A DNA stretch of 62,229 nt, filler included. It is 9 parts of 9 records of this genome, joined end to end, with 100 filler letters (N's around TTAATTAATTAA, not from the genome) between each part and the next. Parts side by side here need not be neighbours in the genome. Positions count along the whole stretch, not along the records: positions 49,750 to 54,780 come from SRR20825010_2169; positions 54,881 to 62,229 come from SRR20825010_2171; 7 more parts are not named here. One strand, 5' to 3'. Below the pieces are notes generated by a model, which saw only the letters and a program-made list of their open reading frames with translations, had not been told where the DNA came from and did not search any database. Both the position numbers and the translations under genes were made by a program. Positions 52,603 to 62,229 of this stretch are shown here, piece after piece. Every line of letters starts with the position of its first letter. Positions within the stretch are counted from its first letter, which is position 1.

Positions 52603-53739
52603 TTACTCGGCCTTTTCGATATGGAGGAACGTATCTATCGCGCTGCGGGTTGCATCCCATATGCCGCGCGCCTGATAGCGGTTGATAAACATCATGAACG
52701 ATATGCCATCATCAGGAAACCGTGCATAAAAGGCGCTGAAGCCGCCAACCTGCCCGCTGTGGCTCCGGGCTTTACGGTTTTCCCCATAAGGCTCAACATC
52801 CCAACCGTAACCATAAAAGGTGTCGCTGCCGTCGGGGAGCTTGCCGGACGTCCACATCTCCGCCTTCCACTTTTCAGACAACAGCTTGTCATCATTGAGC
52901 GCAGCGTCCCACTTGGCCATATCAGCCGCCGAGGTCAGCAAACCACCCGCGCCCAGCGTGGATGAATATTCGGTCGGGTTGCGATTGATCAGCTCACCCG
53001 CCTTGTTTTCCCAGTAACCCTCAACCCGGTGTTTGATAATCGCCGCCGGGTCCGCAAACCGTGTCTGGGTCATCTCAAGTGGGCCAAAAATCCGCGCCGC
53101 CAGCACATCGCGCAGGGATTTTTTCTCTATCTGCTCCACAATCATGCTGAGCAGATAATAGCCCGTGTTGCTGTAATAGAAGCCCGTGCCCGGCTCAAAG
53201 TCCATCGGGCGGGAATGCGCGATTTTTATCACTTCCTCCGGTGTCAGGCGAAAACGGTACACATCGTAGCTGCGAATCTCTTCATAATCGGGGATGCCAG
53301 ACTGGTGCAGCATCAACTGCTTTATCGTCACTGGCGTCCATTCGCCAGGCAGACCGTTCAGATACTTGCTGATCGGGTCATCAAGCGCCAGCATGCCTTC
53401 TTCCGCCAGCATCATCACCGCGGCGGTCGTGAACTGCTTGCTGATGGAACCGATCTCAAACACGCTGTCTTCTGTCACCGGTACGTCAAGCTCAACATTC
53501 GCGAAGCCAAAAGGCTGGATGTGCAGGATTTCCCCGTTCCGGTAAACCGCGATCAAACCGCCGGGGATATTATGCTCATCCAGCGCATCTTCGAAATCAC
53601 CATGCAGCGTCTCAAGGGCTGCCGCGTCCGGCATTTCATACTCTGCGGCGCTTACGGGCACAAAAAACACGCCTGACATTATCACCGCCGCCAAAACCCG
53701 GCCAAATCCCAAAACCCGGCATAAATTCTGTAGCATCAC
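52603..53739 (-). CDS. Serine hydrolase (beta-lactamase/PBP-like), exported
   Basis: SISK (SxxK), YSN, HSG motifs, signal peptide. Confidence 0.9.
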   Translation of the reverse strand: MMLQNLCRVLGFGRVLAAVIMSGVFFVPVSAAEYEMPDAAALETLHGDFEDALDEHNIPGGLIAVYRNGEILHIQPFGFANVELDVPVTEDSVFEIGSISKQFTTAAVMMLAEEGMLALDDPISKYLNGLPGEWTPVTIKQLMLHQSGIPDYEEIRSYDVYRFRLTPEEVIKIAHSRPMDFEPGTGFYYSNTGYYLLSMIVEQIEKKSLRDVLAARIFGPLEMTQTRFADPAAIIKHRVEGYWENKAGELINRNPTEYSSTLGAGGLLTSAADMAKWDAALNDDKLLSEKWKAEMWTSGKLPDGSDTFYGYGWDVEPYGENRKARSHSGQVGGFSAFYARFPDDGISFMMFINRYQARGIWDATRSAIDTFLHIEKAE

Positions 53740-53919
53740 CTGTCCCCCATGAATGACATCACCAGCGCGAGCTTCACACAGCTATGCGCCCGGGCACAAG
53801 AGGTACATCAACCAATGCCCCGCCATATGCCCCCTAGCCCTGCGCCCGTGAATATATTATAGCCAAGGCCAAACGCGCCTGCGCGCACAACAGTAGTTAT
53901 AAGAACAGAAGGACCTGCC

Positions 53920-54573
53920 TTGCCTATCGTCTCGCAAAAACACCGCCTGGTTTATTACCCGGTGCCCAAGGTTGCCTGTACGTCGGTCAAGCATCTGATG
54001 TATTTCCTTAATCACGGCAAGTGGTTCGATCATCCGGTGAATGCAAAGGGGCGCAAGCTCAACATCCATGACGTGATGAACCCGGCCGAGCCCTTTGACA
54101 AAAGCGCGTTCAAGCGTTTCTCACCGCACACCAGCTTTGTGGTGGTGCGCGACCCGCTGAAGCGTTTTCTCTCCGCCTACTCGAACCGGGTAATTTTTCA
54201 CGGTGACCTGGCACCCTGGCGCATAAAAAAAGGCACACTCACGCTCACGCAAAAGCCGAACCCGAGCCTTGAAGAATTTATCGACCATCTTGAGGACTAT
54301 CAGGCCGACGCCCGTGCGATAGAGCGGCATACAGCCCCCATCAGTAAATTCCTTGGTGATGATCTCAGCCGCTTTGACAAGGTATTCCCGATCGAGGCCC
54401 TTGATGACGCCGCCGCGTTCCTGAGCGACCATACCGGACTCAAGCTTGAAATGCCGCACAAGCAAACCGGCGGCCCGAAAATGAGCCTTGATGACCTGAG
54501 TGAAAAACACAAAAAGAAGCTCAGAGACGTCTACGCAAGCGACTATGAGCTTTTGAAGGATTTTTACAGCTAA
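53920..54573 (+). CDS. Sulfotransferase family 2 protein
   Basis: VPKVACTSVK 5'-PSB loop and VRDPLKRFLSAY 3'-PB motif. Confidence 0.85.
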   Translation: MPIVSQKHRLVYYPVPKVACTSVKHLMYFLNHGKWFDHPVNAKGRKLNIHDVMNPAEPFDKSAFKRFSPHTSFVVVRDPLKRFLSAYSNRVIFHGDLAPWRIKKGTLTLTQKPNPSLEEFIDHLEDYQADARAIERHTAPISKFLGDDLSRFDKVFPIEALDDAAAFLSDHTGLKLEMPHKQTGGPKMSLDDLSEKHKKKLRDVYASDYELLKDFYS

Positions 54574-54744
54574 GCCACCCTGCCCGCAGGATGGATCAAA
54601 AGGGACGAAGCCTTAAAAACCCTGTCACTCGTCGGATTCCTCGCTCACATTTCAGAAAAATGAAATTAGGACTTGGCAGGCGAAAAATTTTCAGTATAAA
54701 GGCCCCATTCGCGGCGCGAGACGCCCTGCGGACATCTACGCTGA

Positions 54745-54780
54745 TCCCCAGTAGCTCAGTGGTAGAGCAAGCGGCTGTTA
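54745..54780 (+). tRNA. tRNA-Asn(GTT), 3' truncated
   Basis: TCCCCAGTAGCTCAGTGGTAGAGCAAGCGGCTGTTA: D-arm and CT-GTT-A anticodon loop. Confidence 0.85.
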
Positions 54781-54880
54781 NNNNNNNNNNNNNNNNNNNN
54801 NNNNNNNNNNNNNNNNNNNNNNNNTTAATTAATTAANNNNNNNNNNNNNNNNNNNNNNNNNNNNNNNNNNNNNNNNNNNN
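54781..54880. other. Artificial contig spacer
   Basis: N-TTAATTAATTAA-N. Confidence 0.98.
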
Positions 54881-55295
54881 CCTGCAGCAATGCTTGCGCC
54901 CGGACCATATCGCCGATGGTAATGATCGGAAAGTTCAGGCCATAAGGCTTACCTGTATTTGGATCGATATCCGACGGACCAGTCGTGCCCATGCAGCCGC
55001 CTAGAACATTACTGCAAACAATAAAGTACTTGTCCGTATCCAAAACCTTGCCGGGGCCAATCATGATCTCCCACCAGCCATTCTTTCCGGTGACGGGTTG
55101 TCGGCTGGCGGCGAACTGATCGCCGGTCAGAGCATGACAGATCAGGATAGCATTTGATTTCTCAGTATTCAGCGTGCCATAGGTGCAATAGGCCATATTG
55201 AAGGCCTCTAGTGTCACGCCGCAGTCCAGTTCGAGCGGCGTGTCCTTTCCAAGGATAACGGTCTGATTATCCGACTGTGGAGGGTTTATGGACAC
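54881..55295 (-). CDS. metX: Homoserine O-acetyltransferase (N-terminal fragment)
   Basis: [28 protein letters not shown]. Confidence 0.9.
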
Positions 55296-55455
55296 TTTTG
55301 CTACTCTTTTCCCGCAAATGGATTAGAAAAATCTTTGTTTTGAATGACTTTGCTGTTAGCTAGTGCGGCGGGGCAAGGTCTGTCAATATATTCTTTGCCA
55401 AATGCCGGGCTTTATGGTCCAATTTTGACGAAACAGTCTGTAAGTTCAGGTAACA

Positions 55456-56313
55456 ATGGTGACAATAAAAAATACAAAACTGGAAGCTTTAAGGGCTGAG
55501 ATTGATCGGCTGGATGCGGAACTTTTGGCGGTTCTTGAAAAGCGTATCGCAATCGTTGAGGATATCGCGGCGGCAAAAAAAGGGGATGGTAAAGCGATCG
55601 CATTTCGCCCGGGCCGAGAGGCATCCATTCTCCGTAATATTCTAAAGGCACATTCCAGCAAGTTACCCGACACGGTTATCGCGGCGATATGGCGGGAACT
55701 GATCTCAGCTGTTGGCTGGATGCAGCAGCCTTATTCGGTTTCCATAACCGCGCCCGATAAATCCGTAGGCTACTGGGATTTGGCGCGGTTTCATTTTGGC
55801 TCAGCGACGCCAATGAAGCTGCATCAGTTGCCGACGGTTGTTCTGCGAGAGGTTTATGAAAACCCATCGACCCTGGGTGTGCTGCCCTGGCTGGCGCGGG
55901 AACGTGACACTTGGTGGACGCAGCTTGCACAAGGCGGTGAAAATGTGCCCAAGATTTTGGCGGCGCTTCCTTTTCTTGATAACCCGTCGGGTGAGTTTGA
56001 GGATTTGAACTCCCTTGTCATAGGTCAGGCGGAACCGGAGCCGTCCGGGGATGACGTGACCTTGATGGCGCTGGCCACCAGTGAAGAGGTGAGCCGGGCC
56101 CGGCTGACTGAAAATCTTACCAAGGCGGGCCTCAGCGGTTATTGTGCGGATTCACGCACGCCGGATGCCGGGGGTAGTGACTGGCTCCATCTTATTGAGA
56201 TGCCCGAATTTGTCGCGAAAACCGATCCCCGCCTGGTAAAGCTTGGGGAGATCGGCGGCGAAAGCTTTATCAAAGCGGTTATCCTTGGCGCTTACGCCGT
56301 TCCCATCAAATAA
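55456..56313 (+). CDS. Chorismate mutase with C-terminal P-protein-like extension
   Basis: LRAEIDRLD..RPGRE..IWRELIS, ends LGAYAVP; upstream of hisC-tyrA. Confidence 0.85.
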   Translation: MVTIKNTKLEALRAEIDRLDAELLAVLEKRIAIVEDIAAAKKGDGKAIAFRPGREASILRNILKAHSSKLPDTVIAAIWRELISAVGWMQQPYSVSITAPDKSVGYWDLARFHFGSATPMKLHQLPTVVLREVYENPSTLGVLPWLARERDTWWTQLAQGGENVPKILAALPFLDNPSGEFEDLNSLVIGQAEPEPSGDDVTLMALATSEEVSRARLTENLTKAGLSGYCADSRTPDAGGSDWLHLIEMPEFVAKTDPRLVKLGEIGGESFIKAVILGAYAVPIK

Positions 56314-56345
56314 CGCATTCCACTACCCGAGTTGAAAGAAGCCTC

Positions 56346-57434
56346 ATGACCACTCCGGTTCCACAACCAGGCATTATGACCATCTCCCCCTATGTCGGCG
56401 GGAAATCGAAAGCGGGCGAAAACCAGGATGTCGTCAAGCTTTCGTCGAATGAATCGCCGCTCGGCCCCAGCCCGAAGGCGGTTGCGGCGATTGAAGCGGT
56501 TGTCGCAAATGCTCATCGATATCCGGATGGCGGCTCCCTTCTCCTGACCGAGGCAATTGCCGAGGTTCATAAACTGGATGCCGCCCGAATTGTCTGCGGC
56601 AACGGGTCGGACGAGCTTATTTCCCTGCTGAATACGGCCTATGTCGGCCCCGGGGATGAGGTGCTGTTTCCCGAGCATGGTTTCCTGATGTATGCCATTT
56701 CCGCGGCCGTTGCGGGGGCAACGCCGGTAAAGGCGCCAGAAGTTGATCGCACCGCGAATGTGGACAATTTGCTCGCGGCAGTGACGGAGCGAACGAAGAT
56801 CGTTTTTCTTGCCAATCCAAATAATCCGACGGGTACTTATCTGCCGTATTCGGAAGTAGAGCGTCTGCGGGCGGAACTGCGCGATGATATTCTGCTAGTG
56901 CTGGATGCGGCCTATGCGGAATATGTCACCCGTGATGACTATCGCGCCGGGGTGGAGCTGGTTGCTTCTCATGATAATGTCGTCATGACCCGGACCTTTT
57001 CGAAGATCTATGGCCTTGCTGCCCTGCGCGTCGGTTGGGCCTATTGCCCGCCAGCCGTCGTCGATGTGCTGCATCGCGCGCGCGGCCCGTTCAATGTGAA
57101 TGCGCTTGCTCAGGCGGGCGGGGTCGAGGCTGTGCGTGATCAGGCGCATATCGATAAGGCCCGGCTACATAACGATAAATGGCTCCCGATTTTGACGCAA
57201 AGTTTCCGTGGAATGGGTTTGGGCGTGATGCCGAGTGTCGGCAATTTCCTGCTTATCGACTTCGACGGAAGTGGAAAGGCTGCCAATGAGGCCGAGGCGT
57301 ATCTCGCGGAAAAGGGCTTGCTCCTCCGGGCGGTTGCGGGGTATGGCCTGCCGACCTGCTTGCGCATGACAATCGGGCAGGATGATGAAAACCACGCAGT
57401 GATAGAGGCGCTGAGGGAATTCCTCGGCAAATAG
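56346..57434 (+). CDS. hisC: Histidinol-phosphate aminotransferase
   Basis: KLSSNESP, GNGSDE, NPNNPTG, RTFSKIYGLAALRVG. Confidence 0.93.
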   Translation: MTTPVPQPGIMTISPYVGGKSKAGENQDVVKLSSNESPLGPSPKAVAAIEAVVANAHRYPDGGSLLLTEAIAEVHKLDAARIVCGNGSDELISLLNTAYVGPGDEVLFPEHGFLMYAISAAVAGATPVKAPEVDRTANVDNLLAAVTERTKIVFLANPNNPTGTYLPYSEVERLRAELRDDILLVLDAAYAEYVTRDDYRAGVELVASHDNVVMTRTFSKIYGLAALRVGWAYCPPAVVDVLHRARGPFNVNALAQAGGVEAVRDQAHIDKARLHNDKWLPILTQSFRGMGLGVMPSVGNFLLIDFDGSGKAANEAEAYLAEKGLLLRAVAGYGLPTCLRMTIGQDDENHAVIEALREFLGK

Positions 57435-57437
57435 AAT

Positions 57438-58379
57438 ATGACGGAAGTGAAGTTCAAACGGCTGGCCCTGATTGGTATCGGTCTTATCGGATCATCGATT
57501 GCGCGGTCCGCGCGCCAGCATAGTCTTGCCGATGAGATCGTCTGTGCAGCACGCACGGCAGATAGCCGCCGCGTTGCCAAAGAACTCGGTATCGTTGATG
57601 AGGCGTATGATAGACCGATTGAGGCGGTTAAGGGCGCGGACCTCGTGATTTTCTGCACTCCGCTAGGCACCTATGGCAAACTGGCGGAGCAGCTTGCGCC
57701 AGTGCTTGAGAAAGGTGCCATCCTCACCGATGTGGGTTCGGTTAAAAGTGCGGTGATCGAGGCTATCGGCCCGCATATGCCGGAAGGCGTGGATTTTATC
57801 CCGGGCCATCCGGTGGCAGGGACGGAAAAATCAGGGCCCGCCGCGGGTTTTGCTGAGCTCTTTATCGATCGCTGGCTCATCCTGACGCCTTGCGGGCAGT
57901 CAAGCGATGCGGCGGTCGAGAAATTGACGGCCTTCTGGGCGGCGATGGGCAGCAAGGTTGAGATTATGGATGCAGAGCATCATGATCTGGTTCTCGCCAT
58001 CACGTCCCACATCCCGCATCTGATCGCTTATAATATCGTCGGCACGGCGGATGACCTGGAAGATGTGACCCAGTCGGAAGTGATCAAATATTCCGCGGGT
58101 GGTTTCCGGGATTTTACCCGTATTGCCGCGTCAGATCCAACCATGTGGCGGGATGTGTTCCTGAACAACAAAGAGGCGGTACTGGAAATGCTGGGTCGCT
58201 TTACCGAGGATTTGACGGCGCTGCAGCGGGCCATTCGGCGCGAAGACGGGGAAACCCTGTTTAATATCTTCTCGCGCACACGGGCGATCCGGCGGCAGAT
58301 TATCGATGCGGGCCAGGAAACGCCGGAGCCGGATTTTGGTCGCGTGCATAAGTCTGAAGAGACACCAAAGAAATCCTGA
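57438..58379 (+). CDS. tyrA: Prephenate/arogenate (cyclohexadienyl) dehydrogenase
   Basis: GIGLIG, TDVGSVK, HPVAGTE, SHIPHL, GFRDFTRIA. Confidence 0.92.
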   Translation: MTEVKFKRLALIGIGLIGSSIARSARQHSLADEIVCAARTADSRRVAKELGIVDEAYDRPIEAVKGADLVIFCTPLGTYGKLAEQLAPVLEKGAILTDVGSVKSAVIEAIGPHMPEGVDFIPGHPVAGTEKSGPAAGFAELFIDRWLILTPCGQSSDAAVEKLTAFWAAMGSKVEIMDAEHHDLVLAITSHIPHLIAYNIVGTADDLEDVTQSEVIKYSAGGFRDFTRIAASDPTMWRDVFLNNKEAVLEMLGRFTEDLTALQRAIRREDGETLFNIFSRTRAIRRQIIDAGQETPEPDFGRVHKSEETPKKS

Positions 58380-58385
58380 GAATGC

Positions 58386-59432
58386 CTATTTGCTTCCGAT
58401 AACGGAACCAAGCCGCATCAGATAGACAGGACCAAGATAGACACCGCCATCCTGCGCCGACAAGGGGAGCGCGATATAGCGTTTTCCATCGTCCCCCTCT
58501 TTTGAGAGAAGCCCGAGCCCAAAGCCGATGGTGCGGGCGGCATTTTCGTCAATCTGCCGTGTCTCGGTGAGCGCTGCAAGAATTCTCTCATAACCAGAAA
58601 TGCGGGTCTCAAGTTCCCCAAGAGGGCGCATCCGGTCATCCAGCGTGAGCGCGCCTTTTCCGGAGATGGCGCCATGGCCCCAATCAATATTCAGCGCCTC
58701 GATATCGACAAAACCCCCTTCATCGCGCCATTCGGCAAGGGTATCGGCGGCGGGAAGCTTGCGGACCGTGCCGTAAAGAATTGAGGAGAGGGAGAAATCC
58801 GCAATCCGCTTACCGAGCGGGAAATCGCTCATCCCCTCGATCACCACATTATCGGCGCGAAGGGCGATCTGCTGTCCGTCCATCTGTTCACTGGCGGCTT
58901 TTTCGTCTGAACTATTCGCTGGCCTCGGGCGGCCATGAAGCTGCAATCGTTCCGCTGTGACGGGTGACCGCCAAGAGGGAATCGTCTCAAGTTCCTTGAT
59001 ATCGATGGCAACGGCGCGCATGCGGCCCCGTATGGTGAATGTCGCACTGCCGAGCGCGGAGAGGGCCTTGAAATCAAGACTTCTTTGCTGGTCCTTTTCC
59101 AGCCAATCCGCCCGGCCTTTTCCTTCAACGCCGAAAATTACATGATTTATGCGCCAGGGTTGCACCACGGCCCAGAAGGTGGGAATTCTCACTTCAGGGC
59201 TTTGTTCATGGCTTGGGTTGGCAATAGAGAGATTTTCCGCCGTGACCCGGACCCGATAGGGAAAACCGGAGGTCACAAGCGGTTTATGGCGGATTTGATA
59301 GCCTTCGCTGATCCGCTGTTCGCGCCAATTGTCGGCCAATTCCATCAGCCGGTCCGCAACATGGTGCCACCAGAAGACATAGCCGCCAATGAGGAGGACT
59401 AGGGCTAATATGCCGCCAAAGAGTATACGCAT
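58386..59432 (-). CDS. DUF2125 domain protein
   Basis: N-terminal anchor, SGFPYR, LTLDDRMRPLG, YLGP. Confidence 0.8.
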   Translation of the reverse strand: MRILFGGILALVLLIGGYVFWWHHVADRLMELADNWREQRISEGYQIRHKPLVTSGFPYRVRVTAENLSIANPSHEQSPEVRIPTFWAVVQPWRINHVIFGVEGKGRADWLEKDQQRSLDFKALSALGSATFTIRGRMRAVAIDIKELETIPSWRSPVTAERLQLHGRPRPANSSDEKAASEQMDGQQIALRADNVVIEGMSDFPLGKRIADFSLSSILYGTVRKLPAADTLAEWRDEGGFVDIEALNIDWGHGAISGKGALTLDDRMRPLGELETRISGYERILAALTETRQIDENAARTIGFGLGLLSKEGDDGKRYIALPLSAQDGGVYLGPVYLMRLGSVIGSK

Positions 59433-59528
59433 CAAAGGTCCGGTTGATTGCTTGTGAAACTTACCTGCACTCTATATAGAAAGAAATACTGCAGTTACAG
59501 AATTCTCTTATCCGGCCCCGCATGCATT

Positions 59529-60437
59529 ATGAAAGATAATTCCAGCCAGCCAGCTGACGGCCTGCTTTTCAAGGCGATGCCGGTCATTTTCGTGTTTTTA
59601 TGGAGCACGGGTTTCATTGGTGCGAAAATGGGCCTGCCCTATGTGGAACCAATGATGTTCCTCGCCTTGCGCTTCGGTATTTGCGTTGCCCTGATGATTC
59701 CGTTTGTGTTGATCACCGAAACCCGCTGGCCAGCCCGTTCAATCGATTATTTTCATATCTCAATCGGCGGCCTCCTGATGCATGGTGGCTATCTCGGCTT
59801 TGTTTTTCTCTCCATTTCAAAGGGAACACCGGCGGGTATTTCCTCGCTTATTGTCGGAATACAGCCGCTTATCGTGGCTGCGCTGGCCGGGGTTTTGCTA
59901 AAGGAGAATGTTTCTTTACAGAAATGGGTTGGCCTTTTGCTGGGGCTCCTTGGTGTTTTTCTGGTGGTTTTTAACAAGCTTTTAGTCGGGGAGGGAACGT
60001 TATATGGCATGAGCCTTTCTTTCATTGCTTTGATCAGCATTTCCGTCGGGACCCTCTATCAGAAGAAATTCTGTTCTCAGATGAATATTAAAAGCGGAAA
60101 CCTTATCCAGTTTGCGGTCGCCGGGGTTTATTTCTATTTGATGTCGCTCCTGTTTGAAACGGGGAAGGTGATCTGGTCGGGAGAGTTGGTTTTTGCGCTG
60201 CTCTGGCTGGTGATTATTTTATCGCTTGGCGCCATGACACTTCTCTATATGCTCTTGCGGAGAGGGGCGGCGGCGAACGTGTCCAGCCTCTTTTATCTGA
60301 CACCGCCCTGCACAGCGGTTGTTGCTTATTTCCTCTTTGATGAGACGCTTGGCATCCTCGCCCTGATCGGGATGGGAGTTGCTGTGCTTGGCGTCGCGCT
60401 TGTAAATTACCGGTTCAAGAAGGCAAGAAACACATGA
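59529..60437 (+). CDS. DMT/EamA family transporter
   Basis: LWSTGFIGAK, about ten TM segments, SLFYLTPP. Confidence 0.9.
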   Translation: MKDNSSQPADGLLFKAMPVIFVFLWSTGFIGAKMGLPYVEPMMFLALRFGICVALMIPFVLITETRWPARSIDYFHISIGGLLMHGGYLGFVFLSISKGTPAGISSLIVGIQPLIVAALAGVLLKENVSLQKWVGLLLGLLGVFLVVFNKLLVGEGTLYGMSLSFIALISISVGTLYQKKFCSQMNIKSGNLIQFAVAGVYFYLMSLLFETGKVIWSGELVFALLWLVIILSLGAMTLLYMLLRRGAAANVSSLFYLTPPCTAVVAYFLFDETLGILALIGMGVAVLGVALVNYRFKKARNT

Positions 60438-61036
60438 CGCGAAAGTATGATTTGGTGCTGGAGCCGGACCTGCCCCCTGTCGATTATCCTCTTCCGGAAT
60501 TGCCGGTGGGGGAAGACCTCTGGATATTCGGTTACGGCTCCCTGATGTGGCGTCCGGGTTTCGATCATCTTGGCATTCAGGATGCACAGCTATACGGTTA
60601 TCATCGTGCTTTTTGCGTCACCTCTATCGTACATCGGGGAACGCGGGAAAATCCGGGGCTTGTGTTGGGGCTCGACCGGGGCGGTTCCTGCCGGGGGAAA
60701 GGCATTCTGTGTCCGTCGGCTATTCGGGAGCCGGTGATCGATTATCTCTACCGCCGTGAAATGGTAACCAGTGTCTACCGGCCCAGGATGGTGCGCATCA
60801 AGCTTCTGGATAGTGGCGCCATGGCGTTGGCGCTTACTTTCGTCGCCGATCCGGCCCATGAACAATATTGCGGCAAACCGTCATTGGAGGCGGCGGCGAA
60901 GATTATCGCCCGCGCCCATGGCCGGGGCGGCCCCAATGTGGATTACCTGAAAAGCACGCTGGCGCATCTTGATGAATTCGGCATCGCGGATGGCCCGCTT
61001 CACCACATTATGGATCTGATCGAAAAGGGCAGCTAG
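60434..61036 (+). CDS. ChaC-like gamma-glutamylcyclotransferase
   Basis: [31 protein letters not shown]. Confidence 0.9.
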   Translation: MTRKYDLVLEPDLPPVDYPLPELPVGEDLWIFGYGSLMWRPGFDHLGIQDAQLYGYHRAFCVTSIVHRGTRENPGLVLGLDRGGSCRGKGILCPSAIREPVIDYLYRREMVTSVYRPRMVRIKLLDSGAMALALTFVADPAHEQYCGKPSLEAAAKIIARAHGRGGPNVDYLKSTLAHLDEFGIADGPLHHIMDLIEKGS

Positions 61037-61461
61037 CTCGCGAAGAGCTGATCCATATTCTTGAAGGCCTTGAGTTCAATGGCGTTACCGGCCGGATCGC
61101 TGAAGAACATCGTGGCTTGCTCCCCGGTTTCTCCCTTGAAGCGGACATAGGGCTCGATGATAAAGTCGATGCCCGCCGCGGTTAGGCGATCGGCGGCCTT
61201 CTGCCACTTTTCCATCGGCATAACCAGGCCGAAATGACGGCAGGGAACACCATGACCGTCCACATTGCTGGTTTTTGCCGCACTGGTTTCTTCCGGCGCG
61301 AGATGGGCGACGATCTGGTGACCGTGGAAATCGAAATCGACCCAATCGGCGGAGCTTCGGCCTTCCGCGCATCCCAGCAAACCCTTGTAGAATTCACGGG
61401 CGGCTTCCAGGTCATTGACGGGAAAGGCCAGATGGAAGGGGAAGATCGTTTGCTCCGTCAT
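61033..61461 (-). CDS. VOC family protein (glyoxalase/dioxygenase-like)
   Basis: [28 protein letters not shown]. Confidence 0.88.
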   Translation of the reverse strand: MTEQTIFPFHLAFPVNDLEAAREFYKGLLGCAEGRSSADWVDFDFHGHQIVAHLAPEETSAAKTSNVDGHGVPCRHFGLVMPMEKWQKAADRLTAAGIDFIIEPYVRFKGETGEQATMFFSDPAGNAIELKAFKNMDQLFAS

Positions 61462-61530
61462 AGGTATCTCCATTGCAGAATATCCGGCGTTAGTAGCGCC
61501 TTTTGGGTCATGTTGAAAGCAATAATAAGG

Positions 61531-62229
61531 TTAGCTGCATTTGGAATAACCGCAGGTCGTGCAGGTGTCACAGCCTTCGATTTTTAGCAGCCCTGCTTCG
61601 CCGCATTGCGGACATTGCCGAAGCAACCCCTCTTTTGGCTTGCTTGTGCCCCCGACGACGACTTTTGAGACTGCCTCGCTCGCCTCTTCTTGTTTTTTCT
61701 CAGGTGGAGGGAGGAATCCGATCTGGATCATATGGGTTTCAATGACTTCCCCGATCGCCGCGAGGAGGGAGGGGACATACTTCCCTTTCACCCAGGCGCC
61801 GCCGCGCGGGTCGAAGACAGCTTTCAATTCCCCGACCACAAAACTCACGTCGCCGCCACGGCGAAAAACGGCGGAAATCATGCGGGTTAGCGCTACTGTC
61901 CAGGCAAAATGCTCGACATTTTTCGAATTGATGAAAATCTCGAATGGGCGGCGGCGGCTGTCCTGAATAATGTCATTAAGTGTTATATATATGGCGTGAT
62001 TGCTCTCCGGCCAGCGGAGTTTGTAGGTCTGACCGGGCAGTGTGCCGGGTCGGTCCAGCGGTTTCGTCATATAGACAATGCCGCCCGCCTCGAAACTGTC
62101 GGAGGGTTTGCTGTAGGGCACATCGAGCGGTAGATCAGGCTGTGCGCTTGCCGGTTCTTCCGGTTTTAATTCCAGCACCGCACCGGTGATATCATTCGGC
62201 CGATAGGTCGTGCAGCCCTTGCAGCCCTG
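61531..62229 (-). CDS. nrdJ: Class II (B12-dependent) ribonucleotide reductase, C-terminal part
   Basis: The frame continues to the window edge: GCKGCTTYRPN, RPFEIFINSK (TSCPD-like), CPQC..CTTCGYSKC. Confidence 0.9.
   Translation of the reverse strand, partial: QGCKGCTTYRPNDITGAVLELKPEEPASAQPDLPLDVPYSKPSDSFEAGGIVYMTKPLDRPGTLPGQTYKLRWPESNHAIYITLNDIIQDSRRRPFEIFINSKNVEHFAWTVALTRMISAVFRRGGDVSFVVGELKAVFDPRGGAWVKGKYVPSLLAAIGEVIETHMIQIGFLPPPEKKQEEASEAVSKVVVGGTSKPKEGLLRQCPQCGEAGLLKIEGCDTCTTCGYSKCS

Noticed and set aside
49750-54780. Genomic island between tRNA-Cys and tRNA-Asn
   Set aside because: No integrase, transposase or duplicated tRNA end seen. The tRNAs probably just mark assembly breaks.
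55296-55455. Possible SAM-II riboswitch upstream of metX
   Set aside because: Expected from context, but I could not match the SAM-II stem and conserved motifs by eye; needs an Infernal search.

Overview
The window is not one locus. It is nine unrelated contigs joined by 100-bp artificial spacers (Ns around TTAATTAATTAA), so nothing can be inferred across a spacer. Taxonomic labels are impressions from composition and gene order. (1) 1-9512, Roseobacter-like: benzoate-CoA ligase operon with BoxR/BzdR-type operators, MarR, paaG-like gene, mmcB with an SOS box, an uncharacterised membrane protein/ClpP-like pair, ArsR-SRPBCC. (2) 9613-16908, rhizobial: LysR, gor, rpiA, HAD hydrolase, L,D-transpeptidase, fumC start. 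(3) 17009-20740, Alcanivorax-like: REPs, heptamer arrays, SLT protein, ligA. (4) 20841-25904, Thalassospira-like: EmrAB-TetR and a candidate sRNA. (5) 26005-32758, betaproteobacterial: PLD-family enzyme and the isc operon. (6) 32859-35879, alphaproteobacterial: helicase end, S4 protein, type I secretion ABC start. (7) 35980-49649, Flavobacteriaceae: tRNA-Arg, 7TM-DISM kinase, a YHS-DinB-NRDE-ATP-grasp cluster facing gpx/DoxX/ypdA, sugar-acid genes. (8) 49750-54780, alphaproteobacterial: accessory genes between tRNA-Cys and tRNA-Asn. (9) 54881-62229, alphaproteobacterial: metX, chorismate mutase-hisC-tyrA, nrdJ end. The best candidate for an undescribed system is the four-gene YHS/DinB/NRDE (TANGO2)/membrane ATP-grasp cluster at 39445-42232. 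The runner-up is the translationally coupled membrane protein-microORF-ClpP-like unit at 6437-8555.
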